DNA of 64,000 nucleotides, taken from NCBI RefSeq assembly GCF_964204865.1, contig NC_135262.1, forward strand, positions 3,596,001 through 3,660,000, read 5' to 3'. Numbering within the stretch: the stretch's first letter is position 1; every line of letters starts with the position of its first letter. The notes under the pieces were generated by a model. It was not told the origin of the DNA and did no database searches. It saw nothing but the letters and a program-made list of their open reading frames with translations. The stretch is from Styela clava (Eukaryota). The position numbers and the translations under genes were made by a program. Shown here piece after piece: positions 12,394-25,739 of the stretch.

Positions 12394-13270
12394 CGTATAA
12401 CGTAGAAGTGACTGAGCTACATATAAAAAATAATGTCGCAAAAAATTGTTCATGCCGTAAAAACACATTTACTTCCGAGAGCCATTTTCATCGGGCTGTT
12501 GGGCGGTTTCCGTCACCAATTCCGTGCTGTGATGAAGACGAAAATGCTGTTTCGCTCATCAGGTTTGTTGTACTCTATTCTACTTCAGTTATTTTTTCGT
12601 TTCGGGCTTGTTCTGTTGGGTTCAAGGCTTGGGTTTTTATTGAGTCGAATCAACGAGATTCATCCCGTTCATATCTATACGGGTGCCAAGGTAATATAGC
12701 AAATCAAAAATAGATTTATAGAATTGGGAAAATATGAATATTCGTAGCTATATTTCATGTTCGCTTACAGCAATGGTGTGCGCTCGTAAACAAAATCTGA
12801 ATACATTAAGCTAATCTTAATAAAACCTAATTATGGTATTAACTGTACTTACATACATCGATCAGTGATCGCGAACATGGACTCAAGAGGATTTAGATTA
12901 AGTGCGACAAACAAACAGTTCTTGAAATCCATACTATTTACCACCACATGGATTTAATATTAATTTATGTACTACTTGCAGCTGTACATCTAAGCAATTC
13001 AGTATTAAGCGCAAGTTTCATTTTCGGCTTTCTATATTTATTGTAGTTGGAGTCGTATTATTGGACTACCCGAACTCGGCAATCGGTGGTTTTTTATATT
13101 TTCATCAAGATTCACAACCAAAGTAGAAATTGAGTTTGGCAATAGGTCGGGCCAATTAGGAATAACAACTTAAAAATAATATATTCATGACATGCATAAT
13201 TATCTCCACAATTTCATTAATGTGTGCATATATGAAGGGTTGGAAGATCTAAAATTTATAAAACATTATA

Positions 13271-13477
13271 TAAGGTGTTCATAAAGTCCCTTTACGGTTT
13301 CAATTTTGTTATGAAGTCAGTTCCCAATATATCTTAACCAGGTTTGTTGTTTTTTATTCAGTTATTATTTAAGTACTTTTACTTCATTTAATGCATCTGT
13401 GAGGGCCAAACCAAAATATGGTGTCGATAAATTCCCTTTGCAATTTAAAATAGACTTAAAAATTCATGGACACCCTA
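13271..13477 (+). mobile_element. Tc1/mariner MITE
   Basis: TIR-like AGGTGTTCATAAAGTC / ATGGACACCCT flanked by TA; colinear with 30623, 35896, 49297 and 61110. Confidence 0.85.
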
Positions 13478-14534
13478 TATAATATATTCCAATTGAGGAT
13501 GTAAAATATATTAGTAATACTACAGAAACTATAAACTAAATTTCTTTCCGAGAACGACAAATTCTTCACCGGTTGGGGGACTATCGCTACATCTGATATT
13601 CACAATATTACCAAACTTTCTAGAAAATGCATCAATAAAAGAAAATTACCGTGAATTAAGAGTTAGTCATCACTCGTCGTTTTATGGCATCATTCGATTA
13701 TTTTTTCCATACGTTTTTCTCATAATTTGTTATTTTGACTTACCACGAATATTAGATTATTCATACTGAACAATCGACACCTCCGCCTGAAACTTTTATT
13801 ACAAATATTTGGTATGAATCATGTAATTTTTATCTTTATCTAGATCTGGAAACCTACAGGCCTGTCCACGGGATGGAAATCCCGCGGGAGGCGTCCCGTG
13901 GCATCGGCCGCGACAGGCTTAAATTGCTATAGGATTGGGAAAGAAACCTCGTGGACAAGTCTGGCAATCTAGCATTGTAGGTATCATGATACAGGTTGGA
14001 TAACCTATTTTTTATTCATCGTAGTGTACCGTATCCAAAACTTCAGTCTGTGGACCCTTGTGGGTACAAGACTTCAAGATAGGTGTGCACGAATAGGCGA
14101 CGAAAACTACACATTGTCATGTTTTTGTGTTGCCAAAAAACTATTCTTTGCATGTTGCCGTGAATGTCGAATAAAATGATTTCACGAGCTGTAAGCAACC
14201 TAAAGCCCCGTTGTTTTTTCATTATTATAATTAAAAGTTTCAATATAATTTTACGTATTGTGGACAAACGAAGATTTTTTTCGATACAAGTTGAATAGCC
14301 CAGGTCGTAGGGTAGCGTATCGCAAACTTTAGTTTGCGGACCAAGGTCGTAGGCAGGAATGTTCAAGAGGGTCGGCTACGCCCCTTCTGCGGACCTTGTA
14401 CCAGACTTACACACAGCGTAGCCCACGTCCGAAAATACGTGATAAAAAGTGCACTCGCTGTCCTCCTTGGTGCAAACGAAAATAATGGCGCCTCTGCATC
14501 TTGATTGAAGTGATCCAACAAAGGCTGTTTTTTC

Positions 14535-14746
14535 GGTGCTCCCGAAGTATGTGCACAACCTGAACTTAATATGTGTACCAAGTTAGGGTCCAAGTTGTAC
14601 GGCATCTTGGTGCACATGCTTCCGGAGCGCCGTTTTTTCAGTGTTCTCGAAGTAGTTGTACCAAGATGGCGCACAACCTGATCATAGTACGTGATCAGTG
14701 TTGTTCAGGTTGTGCGTCATCTTGGTACGAATACTCCCGGAGCGCC
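14535..14746 (+). mobile_element. Two tandem short Merlin-like MITEs (subfamily C) sharing one TSD
   Basis: GTTTTTTC [14535-14631] GTTTTTTC [14640-14746] GTTTTTTA. Both copies end GGAGCGCC and begin GGTGCTCCCGAAGTA or a variant. Confidence 0.85.
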
Positions 14747-15705
14747 GTTTTTTAATATTAAAATTGAAAGTTTAAATATCAATTTACGTATTTTGAACAA
14801 AGAACCATTTTCCTCCATAAAGCTGTTTTCCTGGCCTGGAACACGATGTGATTTGTTTCGCAAACTAGTTAATTCTAAATAATTCAATTATAATTAATTC
14901 AAAATAATTAAAGTCTGATAGGCCAAAGCTCTCGCCTTAAAATTTTATAGCATAAATCTCAAAATCGATTGTTGAGCGGATTTTCTACAACATTCATGCA
15001 TGCCTCTCGTTGACCCTGGTTTCTTGTGTAGAAAAGATTTAAATTTATAATGAATTTGGGATCATATTTGTTCTAGGAAATGCGAGGTTTTGAAAGTAAA
15101 ATTTTCGTTATTTGCGATATTTTCACGCGTATATGGACGAAATCCCGCGGATTCACAACAAGCCAATGTGAGGAATACGATTGCACTGGATTTGGAATTA
15201 TTTTTTGAGAGGCTGACTTGAGCTCAACCAGCTATGGACACCAAAGACCGTGCAAACAACCGCGAGGCAGATAACGATAATCGTTTAATTACTTCATTAA
15301 AAGTATTATGCGGAAATAATTACTATTATTGGATCACAATAGCGATTGAATTGTCAATTTCCTACGATTTAATTCTTCAGCAATTAGGAAACAATTGTTG
15401 GAAGTTATTTAATTTTGACGTAACACGTGTAATATTATTTGAATTATTTTGAACTATTGTCTTTTGTCAACTGATTTCTGATTTTAGGCCGATGAGTTTT
15501 CCAAGTATCCTTATACAACGAGCAATGAATAATTGATCGAAATTGAACTAAGGGTAATGATTCGTCAAAACTTAAATACGGATAATAGTATTCCACGTTT
15601 GCTTTATGCCTGTGTATTTGAGGGTCTTTGTGTGTAAAATATATTGATCTTGCATTTCATACTAACAGTATTATTATTAAAGAACAAATTAGGTAATTTA
15701 TCAAA

Positions 15706-15778
15706 AGCCTCCAGTGAGGATCGAACTCACGACCCCTGGTTTACAAGACCAGTGCTCTAACCACTGAGCTATGGAGGC
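15706..15778 (-). tRNA. tRNA-Thr(UGU), intact, intronless
   Basis: Minus strand reads GCCTCCATAGCTCAGTGGTTAGAGCACTGGTCTTGTAAACCAGGGGTCGTGAGTTCGATCCTCACTGGAGGCT. Acceptor stem GCCTCCA/TGGAGGC, D arm with A box, anticodon stem CTGGT/ACCAG around loop CT-TGT-AA, T arm GTGAG-TTCGATC-CTCAC. A T4 run at the 3' end is a likely Pol III terminator. Confidence 0.97.
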
Positions 15779-16479
15779 AGACGACGCAGAAGGTGTCAGT
15801 TGGGGTATAAGTTCCACGCATTGATAAATAACGAGAGAAATACTGTATTTTGTAGATTGCGGAGTCGATACACAAGCCACTTTTGCTTTGTTTTGAATTG
15901 TCGTTATGTTGCCCCGAATTACACTGGATTACTAGAAGTCGCAAATATAAATCCTACTAGTTTAATTAAAGATTCGATTCTTATAAAAGACCGTTTATTT
16001 GATACACCAAAAAAAAATTTGGGGATCTTTTGTACAATGCCGCCGCCAAAAACACCCTCGCCACCGCTCAAAATAAAATAATTCAGTAATTATCCAATGA
16101 GGGTTAGAAATGCCGATTGCTGAAAATTCAGATTTTCAAATCATTCCGAACACTAACCCCAACTGGATAGTTACTACTTTAGTATTTTAAAACTTTTTTT
16201 CTCAAATCTCACATTTTTGCATTAGTGGCGAGGACTTTTAACAAAATATCCGAGTTATGTACATATATTATTTCAATGCACGGCCAGAGACTATATATTC
16301 GAATAGATTTTTGATCGCCCCTGTCTCGTATGATGTCACACTTCAAAATTAGACGGGATGTTTGAAATTTCAAGGGGGGGGGGGGGGAACTACAGGAAAA
16401 ATATTATATTCGAGAACAGTTTTCATAAAGTAGTAATTAAGTGGACTTATTCACACGCTACGAAAATGATAAACTAAAT

Positions 16480-17770
16480 ATATTTAAAAATTATTCTCAC
16501 TTTCGGATGTTTTTTGAGCGCAAATATTGGAACAATGTACGGTATGCATTTTTCAATTCATATTGCCAATAATTACCGAAACCAAAGGTTGAATTTCAGA
16601 AATATTTGCTAATTGTACCAGAAATGGCATCCGACCATCGTCACGGCCAGTAAAGTTTCGGTATAATGATAAATGTAATGAATACATTTTCTATATATAA
16701 TAGTACGAAAAATGAAAGCACATACTACAAAAACAAAAAATATTTTTTTCTACTTTTCACTTTTGAATATATTTAAAGTACAGTACAAATATTGCTGCTA
16801 ATTAGAGACTGGACTTTTGACCCTATATTGCGAATAATTACCGAAACTTGAAGCTGAATGTTTCGCTAATTGTACCAAAAATGAGAGCATATATATAAAG
16901 AGAGACAGAGAGTAAATATGCGGTTACTGCAACCGCCAGTGAATATTCGGTATGACGATATAAGTAATGATTAAATCTTCTATAATAATTGTATAAAAAA
17001 TGGGAGCACATACTACGAAAACGAAAAATACTTCTCATTCCTTTCCATTTTCGGATATATTCAAGGCACAAATATTGCAGCAATTTATAGATTGGATATT
17101 TGAAACTATATTGCGAATAATTACCGAAACTTGAAGCTGAATTTTCCACTAATTGTACCAAAAATGGCAGCCTATATATATAGTAAACCGCCAAGGTAAA
17201 CATTCTACCACCGCCAAGTTCTAAAAGTAATGATTAAATTCCCTATAATAGTACGAAAAATTGGAACATATACCACGACAATTAGACTTGTACCGTACTA
17301 CGAAAAATATTTCACACTTTTCGCTTTCGCATATATATATTTAAAGTACAAATATTGCATTTATAGACTCCATTTTTGAATATATATTGCGAGTAATTAT
17401 CTAAACTTGAAGCTGAAGCTTTCGCTATTTGTAACAAAAAAGAGAGTCTATATATATATATTATAAATATGGGGTAAATATGCGACCAACGCCAGTGAAG
17501 GTTTGGTATAATGATAAAAGTAATGATTAAATTTCCTATAATTGAACGAAAAATGGGAGCACATACTGAAAAAACGGAAAATATTTCCTACTACTTACCA
17601 CTTTCGGTTATTTTTGAAGCATAAAAGCACAAGAAATACATTTTTGAATCTATATAGCGAATAATTAGCCGAAACTGGAAGTTAATTTTTTAATAATTGC
17701 GCGAAAAGGATGCCATTATTGATAAACAGCCGGGGTAAACGTGTGACTTTGCCACCGATGAAGCTTAGTT
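16480..17770 (+). repeat. Diverged tandem array, about 5 x 270-290 bp
   Basis: TATTGCGAATAATTACCGAAACTTGAAGCTGAA-like motif recurs near 16561, 16826, 17109, 17385 and 17655; GCACATACTAC also recurs. Confidence 0.9.
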
Positions 17771-18545
17771 ATGTTAATTGATAAAAAATAGGCCCAAATG
17801 ATCGTCGGTGTAATTTGAATACTGATAAAGGTGTCACTAATTAAAGATAAAAATTGAACAAAAACAATTCAATATTAACTGGCACGAATTTTTTTTATGG
17901 AAACCTCAATGTTCAGAGAGAATAAGCAGGGTGGTCATAGCCCAAAACAAGAATAAAAATGTACAAAAAGGCGTAATTGGTATCTCGGTGCCACAGATTA
18001 AAGATAAATTAAACAAAAATAAGTTAATAAAAATTGACCTTGAAATACCGTTTCACTGCATCAGGGGTTGCGATACATTTTACAGTTTTCGGAGTTTGGT
18101 CTCATCAAGTGATTTAAAACCAACAAATAGCAAGAACAATATGGATACATATGAATTCGCCCTTTCACACAATGATTGTTGGTTCATGCGCATCGCTTCA
18201 ACATCAGCATAAGATGGTATTTTCACCCCGGAGGAGAGGAAAGGTGATGAAACCACTTAAGTATTTGGCGGCCACGGCCTGTCGCCCGGTTACCAGTACG
18301 TGTCGAGTATGGGATGTGTTTGAGATACATGGACTTTTTCCACATGTTGTAATTTTATTTCGATTACAACAAAATGCGCCAAATAAATTCCAAACTTTAT
18401 TTTACAAACCGATGTATATTTGGTCGATTTGAATTTTTCATAAACTTTTTTTGACCAAGTTAATTGTGAAGAAAAGATATTTTCCCCAACAACTACCCAT
18501 ATCAAGAACAACAGCAATTTAGCATGGGGATACATATGTACATAT

Positions 18546-18738
18546 GTAGTATAAGTACCAGGTTAAGGTTAGGCCTTAATTTTATTCTAATCCACCTTAT
18601 TTCAGTTCTATTACAAGTTCGGGGGCTAGCCAAGTGACCACCGTAGTATTTGTAGTTAAAATTATGGCCTAACCCTAACAGGGTACACTTACTACGTTCC
18701 GGTGTCCGCCATCTTGATTCGCATACTTCAGGAGCGCC
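18546..18738. mobile_element. Merlin-like MITE, subfamily A, left end truncated
   Basis: GTACCAGGTTAAGGTTAGGCC ... CCTAACCCTAAC ... CCGCCATCTTG ... GGAGCGCC. Confidence 0.8.
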
Positions 18739-18852
18739 TACATTCCGTGTCTAAAAATAGGAAGATCAGGTATCCTGTTTAAGTTGTAATTACAATTATG
18801 TTCCAATCGTCAAATAACGTTGATATTTATTTTATTTTGTCATTGATATTTT

Positions 18853-19640
18853 CATTACTATATATTTAGAAACCAAAGAACGTTTTGAAAATTGTTATTA
18901 AAAGTTTTGTGGTCAATGTGACCCAAATAACGCGGGCTTGAATGATCAATGAATCACGTAAATGTTATTGGTCATTGACAACGGTCATAGTAAAGTAGGT
19001 TTTAAAATTCATTTATTCTCATGATGTTAGAGTCAGAAACCTTTGTTTTGCTTGATTTCTGTTATTTCTATAAATCTTCATTGCTATAAATCTAAAACCG
19101 AAGAACGTTTTGAAAATTGTTATTAAAAGTTTTGTGGTCAATGTGACCATAATAACGAGGGCTTGAATGCTCAATGAATCACGTAGATGTTATTGATCAT
19201 TGACAACTTAGAGTAGTTTTTAAAATTCATTCACTTTCATAATGTCAAAGTCAGGACCCTTTGTCTTGATTGTATTCTACAAATCTTCATTGCTATATAT
19301 TTAGAAACCGAAGAAGTTTTGAAAATTGTTATTAAAAGTTTTGTGGTCAATGTGACCCAAATAACGCTGACTTAAATGCTCGATAAAGCACGTAGATGTT
19401 ATTGGTCATTTTCAAATCAAAGTAGTTTTTAAAATAAATTTGTTTTCATGATAGTCAAAGTCAGAAACCTTTGTTTTGCTTAATTTCTTTTATTTCTATA
19501 AATCTTTATTGCTATATATTTAGAAACCGAAGATCATTTTGAAAACTGTTATTAAAAGTTTTGTGGTCGATGCGACCACAATAACGAGGGCTTGAATGCT
19601 CAATGAATCACGTAAATATTATTGGTCATCGGGAATTTGA
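18853..19640 (+). repeat. Tandem array, 4 x about 210-225 bp
   Basis: TTTTGAAAA(T/C)TGTTATTAAAAGTTTTGTGGTC.ATG.GACC recurs in units starting near 18853, 19079, 19288 and 19508. Confidence 0.93.
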
Positions 19641-19959
19641 AGACGTTGTTAAATTTTGAATTTCTTTCACAATGAATAAGTTATAACGATAATTTATATG
19701 ACCATTTGTCGTGCCTGATTTTTGGAATTTATGAAACTCTCTGTGGTTGCATATATGCTACAAAATTAAAATAAATAACGTTTGTCATTATTAATAACAA
19801 TTTGGATCATCTGTCCCAAAGTTGGTGATTCAAACTGATACAATATTTTTTTTTTTCCGGATTTCAAACTTAGCTTAAAACATAAACTTTTTTCTGTATT
19901 CGCAAAACTCGCTAAGTGAAATTATCTAATAGAAAATAACCGAAAATGTTCTATTGTTC

Positions 19960-20630
19960 GTGTTATAATACTGAGGGGTTCAAATGTCTTGTGTGACAAA
20001 TTCTGGGTTGTAACTTGGTTGACTTTCTCAGAGAAGCAGTTTACAACGATAATGAAAAAGAACATACATAGCCTACATATAGTTTAAATATAGAGAGAAG
20101 CAATAGAATTAAAAATTATATATAAATTGGATTTTCATATCAATTGAGTGGGGAAACCATGACTGGCAAAATAAATCTTAAAATATATAATCCAGTCTTT
20201 TATTTTTTATATTTTCTTTACCTTTGCCTGATTCCAATAATTTGTCAAAACAAGGCGTGGCTTTTCACTAACCTCTTTCGCATTGTTCTTAACCAAAGCC
20301 TGATGTTTTGTTGTGCGTGTTATAGTATTTAGTGGTTCAAATGTCTTTATGACGAATTGTAACGTTTCAGTCACGCTTACTCAGACAATCAATTAATAAC
20401 AATATCAGGTAAGCTAATACATATGGTTTGAATATAGAGAAGCACCACAATGTAAAGTTGCATAAATTGAATTGCTCTTATGATTTAAGCGGGGAAAACC
20501 GTGACTGAAAAAATGAAACTTATATTATGTAATCCAGCATTTCATATTTTCGTTATATGCCCGATTTCAATAACATGTCAAAAAATAGGGCGTGGCTTTT
20601 CACCAACCTCTTTCCCATTGTTCTTAAGCA
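19960..20630 (+). repeat. Diverged tandem duplication, 2 x about 340 bp
   Basis: GGTTCAAATGTCTT, AGAGAAGCA and GGCGTGGCTTTTCAC.AACCTCTTTC.CATTGTTCTTAA are present in both units. Confidence 0.85.
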
Positions 20631-21261
20631 AACGCCTACCCACCACACACAATACTAAACCAAGCAATGTCAACTTGACACAGGTGCGATAGTAAAACGT
20701 TGTCATATTAAACACACGAATGTATATTACTATATTCTGTCACAGTTAAATTGAATCAACATTTTAAAATGTTGTTTTTGTCATTGCGCACTAACACGCC
20801 GTGACCCTTTATGAGTTGATGTCTATTATTGTGTGGAATACATTTTAATGTAGAGCAGGGTGTTGAAGTCAATATAAAGTCGTCGTACTTTAGGTCTGTA
20901 ACTTTGTACCGATGAAAGTACCGCTTTGAAATACAATTATCCATTTGAAATTTAAATGCTTGTGAACAGGAAATCCAGTTTTTCCATGTAGCATGTATTT
21001 CTGGTCAAAACGGCAAAAGATTCAACGCAGCGACAAGAGCATAAAAACATTATGTAATTTCACCCATGTGAGCTTTTTTAAACATAAACTGTCGGATTAA
21101 GATTTTATGCTTGAGGGGAGAAGAGTCTGAGTGTTGACAAGAACCACACTAAATGACTTGGCGGGCCGGGTTGCCTCGGGCCGCCTGTCACACACCCCCG
21201 ATATAACTTATAGGGCGCCCTTCGGTGTACTTAAAAATGTTTTACTGGATTTATATAGATT

Positions 21262-21388
21262 CTGAGTGGTCAAGAGTTGCTGCAAACTAACACAAATTTA
21301 TTTCAGGAAAAAGTCTGAACTTGGTCAAGCAAAACGTTACAGTAATGTATTTGTGTTAGTGTGCGGCAAGACTTTTGAATCATTCCAA
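21262..21388. mobile_element. Penelope-like inverted pseudo-LTR pair with degenerate hammerhead
   Basis: Inverted arms (..CTGCAAACTAACACAAAT / ATTTGTGTTAGTGTGCGG..) enclose AAAAGTCTGAACTTGGTCAAGCAAAACGTTACAG, a decayed version of the motif at 26500-26537. Confidence 0.6.
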
Positions 21389-22149
21389 ATAGTAAGTTAT
21401 CTTTACTCTTGCTTCATATCGTTGCTTAGTAAGGCATAAGGATCCATCAGCACAAAGATTGGAAGGAGGATAAGTAGTTGTTGCACAATGTTTATTCGAT
21501 TATGTACAACCCATGATTAGTGAGTAAATCGTTGCTCAATTGTTGTAGTGCGAGGGGGTTTTGTGCAACACGCGGCCCGCGGATCGCAACCCGACCCGTC
21601 AAGACAGTTAGTGTGGCCCTTGTCAACACTTAGTAGTTGCATGGCCTAACAGCAAAAAGTGCCAGAAGTTATATGGCCAAACTGGTAAGTCAGCCGTCAT
21701 CGAAAATACTTTTCCCTGTGAAAACACATTTCTTCATCTTGATGAACTAGCATATCAGTCACCATAGAAAGGAGCGATTATATACTTTCTTGTCAATTGA
21801 GTTAGGTCCATTTTTGTCACGCCATGAAAAACAAGGAGTGATTAATGTAACGTGGAATGTCACGGAAGGTCCAATATACCTGTATTTGTATAGCTATAGC
21901 ACGCACCCGTTATATATTACCGGCATTGGTTCAAGGACACATGAGTCGTTTTTATTGCCGCAACGTTTGTAAACTGCCATGACAACCCCCGGTGGTGGAC
22001 GGAGTCCCATAAATAAAAATGACAAATTTAAACTGTGTACGCAATGAGTAATGTGATGTAATACGTACAGTCACAAAATCGATGTATTTGAAAGGGGAGA
22101 AAGGGATGTATATTCGAAATCAGGTTCAAACGCATCTCAACCTTTAGGT

Positions 22150-22984
22150 CAGTTGTTTTTAAACGAGACTCCTTAGGTTTCCGGGGTTCCCTTCTCGGTA
22201 CTGTCCGGAGGTTTCACAAGTTTCAGCCATAAGTCTATTTTAGCCAAGTTTCAATTTTAATTAAATCCGAGAGTCTATATCAGGGGTTCCCAAACCAGGG
22301 GTCGCGACCCCAAATTGGGTCGGAGTGATTAGTAGGTGGGGTCGCAAACAGGTCATGGGGTCGGCGGGGTCGCTGAGGTATGGTAGAGAATAGATGTACA
22401 AATCATCTAAGATTTGTCAAACCCTGTTAAACTTAGCAGTTTGTACCGTGGATTACTGTAAAACAGACCCATAAGCATCGCTTTATGACATCACTGTTTG
22501 GTTTTAGCTTATTTTACTTAATACCACCACATGACCAAACTCAGAAGTCTAGTGAAAAAAGCTCTAAAGTTTTTATGAAAAGTATATATATACCTGGGGT
22601 CGCACTAGACACTTAAAAGTTGTCTTTGGGGTCGTCCTGAAAAAAGCTTGGGAACCCCTGGTCTATATTAATACTTACTAATATGTATATTGTTCAAATG
22701 TATCGCAACCAAATACTTAATAGGTTTGCGACTTTAATAAACTTGCTACAGTTAAGAGATTTTTGTTTTGACTGTATGAGGTTTGCTTATATATACATAT
22801 CGTGTGGGCCAAATGTGGATTAACAGCCAATAAATGAATTGAATAGGAATGATTGTCACCCTACTTTTGGCTTACTCTGTATATATAGTATGTACAATCC
22901 ATACAGTTTAACTGCACAGGGGTTCCCCGAGCTTCTGGAATGTTTCATTGAGAATCCGCTCAACAAAAAGGTCGCAAGTCACTG
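22150..22984. mobile_element. Older hAT MITE interrupted by a younger one
   Basis: Left end CAGTTGTTTTTAAAC, right end AAGGTCGCAAGTCACTG, degenerate TSD CTTTAGGT/CATTAAGT (6 of 8 match), GGGGTTCC subterminal motifs. The left part matches 27294-27388. Confidence 0.6.
22281..22660. mobile_element. hAT (Charlie-like) MITE, 380 bp, intact
   Basis: TIR CAGGGGTTCCCAA / TTGGGAACCCCTG, perfect 8-bp TSD GTCTATAT (22273-22280 and 22661-22668), GGGGTCG subterminal repeats. Confidence 0.93.
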
Positions 22985-23058
22985 CATTAAGTGAACTATA
23001 TTAAATAATTTACATAAATTGAACATTTCGTATTGGTGCAAAATGCTTGCTCTACGTT

Positions 23059-23066
23059 ATTCCCTC

Positions 23067-23119
<53 letters not shown>

Positions 23120-23990
23120 TTCTCATCCCTTATTGTCTCTCTCTTTCTCATTCCTCCTCCTCTCTCTCTCGCTCTGTCAGTAGGGGTGTGTCCCCTGGTG
23201 ATACTGCAACGTGCCAAAAACTACTCACACAATCCCACGAGGTAGCATCTACGGATTGAATTCGGCCACATAGCACGTACAAGTGTAATGAGAATGACAC
23301 GTTTGAGATTCGGCGTCGTAAAAATTATCTTAAGTGATTGTATTGCAATTATTAGGGACCCCCAGTAGAGTAAATTGGACATTTACGTGTGTTATATTTA
23401 TATATATATCAAATCGAACACGCTGCTATTCACGTCCTACCACACATCTGTTTATTTTAAAAAAAATAAACGCTATAACATTTGAATTTGACAGGATTAC
23501 ATATCAAAGTGATGGTTCCATTTCACTAAATAGGTTAAAAACAACTGCACTTGGTGAACCATAGTCATAAACCTACACAAATTGTATTGGTGTAAAAAGC
23601 TTGATACACTTTTTTTATCTCTCTCTCTATATATGTATATATATTTCCTTTTCTCTCCCCCCTCTCTCTCTCTATTAATGTCTCTCTTTCTCTCTCTCTC
23701 TCTGTCAAAAGGGGGTGTGTCCCGGGTGATACAGCAACGTGCCAAAAACTACTCACACAATCCCACGAGTTAGTATCTAAGGTTGAATTTGGCCACATAG
23801 CACGTACTAAGATAATGAGAATGACACGTTTGAGATTCGGCGTCCTAATCATCTTAATTAAGTGATTGTTTTGCAATTATTAAGGCCCCCAGTGGAGTAA
23901 ATTGGACATTTACGTCCAACGCATCTGTTTGTTTTTACAAAGAATAAACGCCGTCACATTTGAGTTTGACAGATTTACATTTTAAAGTTA
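23059..23990 (+). repeat. Tandem duplication, each unit led by a (CT)n microsatellite
   Basis: (CT)n at 23070-23117 and 23618-23703, each followed by near-identical GCAACGTGCCAAAAACTACTCACACAATCCCACGAG ... GAGAATGACACGTTTGAGATTCGGCGTC. Confidence 0.92.
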
Positions 23991-24360
23991 TAGCTTCAAA
24001 AATAGAGATTCCTGTGATGCCTATCTTGATCGCTAGATGTCGATGATAAGCTATCTAATTCTGAATGAATCATAATGGCTGTTCTTGTAGTCTAGTAATT
24101 AGTTTATTTCATTATTTCTAATCTATTGTTTTATTCCCATTATTTGTGTATTTTGAAGATAATTTTTTATCTTATTGCTTCATTGCTATATTTGCTGCTG
24201 TTATACAGCAACAGGACGTCGATGACTGGATGACTCATTGAGTCTTTCGCGACCTCGCATCAATTGCTGTGAATCAATGTTTCCGTTTTTAGTTCACTAT
24301 GTTTTTCTTTTGCTTTCTATTGAGAGAGAGAAAGATTTATTTTTTCCATCAACCAAAATA

Positions 24361-24606
24361 AAACAAGAAAACAATGCTCAAATATATGGACACGTAGCGC
24401 CACCCAATGGCAATAATTTTGATGACGTCATAGCGGAAAAAAAAATAATAGCCTTCTGGAGAAAAATTTTATCTTTAACCACTGAAAATTTCAAAGCAAT
24501 TGGTCCAGTATTCGAAGAGAAAAGCGATTTTTTAAAAATGAAGACGGAGACAAATAACAATACCAAAATTTTGAAACGATCGTTATGTCCACTTCGTGTC
24601 CAATAA
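24361..24606. mobile_element. HINE-like element, family 2
   Basis: Starts AACAAGAAAACAATGCTCAAATATATGGACACG and ends CGTGTCCAATAA (subterminal IR TGGACACG/CGTGTCCA); core AAAATTTCAAAGCAATTGGTCCAGTA; AA termini. Opposite-orientation copies lie at about 58590-59000 and 60730-61072. Confidence 0.75.
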
Positions 24607-25739
24607 CAGTCATCGTAATATTAAAAATAATAATAAGTAATAAATTAGTTTAGTATAGACAGGAGGGAGTGATACGACCAGACGGTCATCAAAGTCAACT
24701 CCCTCCCTTCATTCTTGCATGACAAAATGAATATCTGAATCTGAATCTGTGAGCATTACTCAAATATATCGACACGAAGATTACTTAGTGGTAAACCCTG
24801 AGAGAAGTAGTTTTTCTGATAAAATCGGCAAACAAACAAGTAGGAAGCGGTCGAGCAATTCAGATAAAAGGTTTTAACATCGGGTGTATTAGGACTCTGA
24901 TATATTTGAAAACAGTAACATTTATTTCATCTTCAAGCAGTTAATTGAATACTAAATTGGAAATTGATTGTACTATTTAATATGTACAGAAAATTTATTT
25001 TATTCCAACGATTCCAATCGCTCTAACAACAGCAACAACACCGAAAGCAGCAGTAATTTAGAAAAACGGTCCACAGATCTATTTAGTGTCCAAATTCTTC
25101 TGGAGAGGGATTTCCTCTACGGCTAGAAAACGTTGAGCTAAACAATTTATTGTTTCTTGTACATGAACTTGCATGGCGAAAACAGAACGTGGTTCTTTCT
25201 ATACTTTAACATTGCAATATTTTTAGTGTTTATTTTAAAAGTTTTTGCCTATAAAAACACTGGTTTATGACTAAACACATCATTTTCCTCACACCCAATC
25301 CACCAGATTTAGAACTTGTGTAATTTTTGGCCGCTAGGTTATGATACCGATCCATATTTTATCGAATTGTCAGAAATTATCTGTCACGCAAGAAATGGTT
25401 TCCAATATTTTTTTAATTTGTGGCTTATTTTTTTTTTGCAAAAATTTCGTGGTCCATAAAGTTGGGTATATCAGAGAAAAAACTACAAAAATAGAAGGAA
25501 ATTTTTTTTTTGCAAAAACTGAAAATTTTACATTAATAATTCGAGTGAAAATCGGCATCATCATTTCTACTTCCATCTAATTTAACTAAATTAAATACCA
25601 ACATTAGTAATTTGAATAGGTTTGTGGTCCATCTGAAAATGTTTCTGTGCTTCAGGTTGAGAAATGGTGCGCTAGACCGAAATAAGAAGAGCGTTTTCAT
25701 GAAGTATACTGAAACATCAAAACTTTGGACAAAACATTG

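Noticed and set aside
12408-12713. Overlapping 88-101 aa ORFs next to the hAT MITE
   Set aside because: No recognisable domain, AT-rich low-complexity composition and no convincing splice context; lengths are consistent with chance.
16480-19640. Regularly spaced repeats as a CRISPR-like array
   Set aside because: Whole units of 215-280 bp are homologous, with no short invariant repeats and unique spacers, no cas genes, and a eukaryotic context.
23033-23876. ORFs with SLSLSL and RERERE tracts
   Set aside because: Translations of (CT)n/(AG)n microsatellites.
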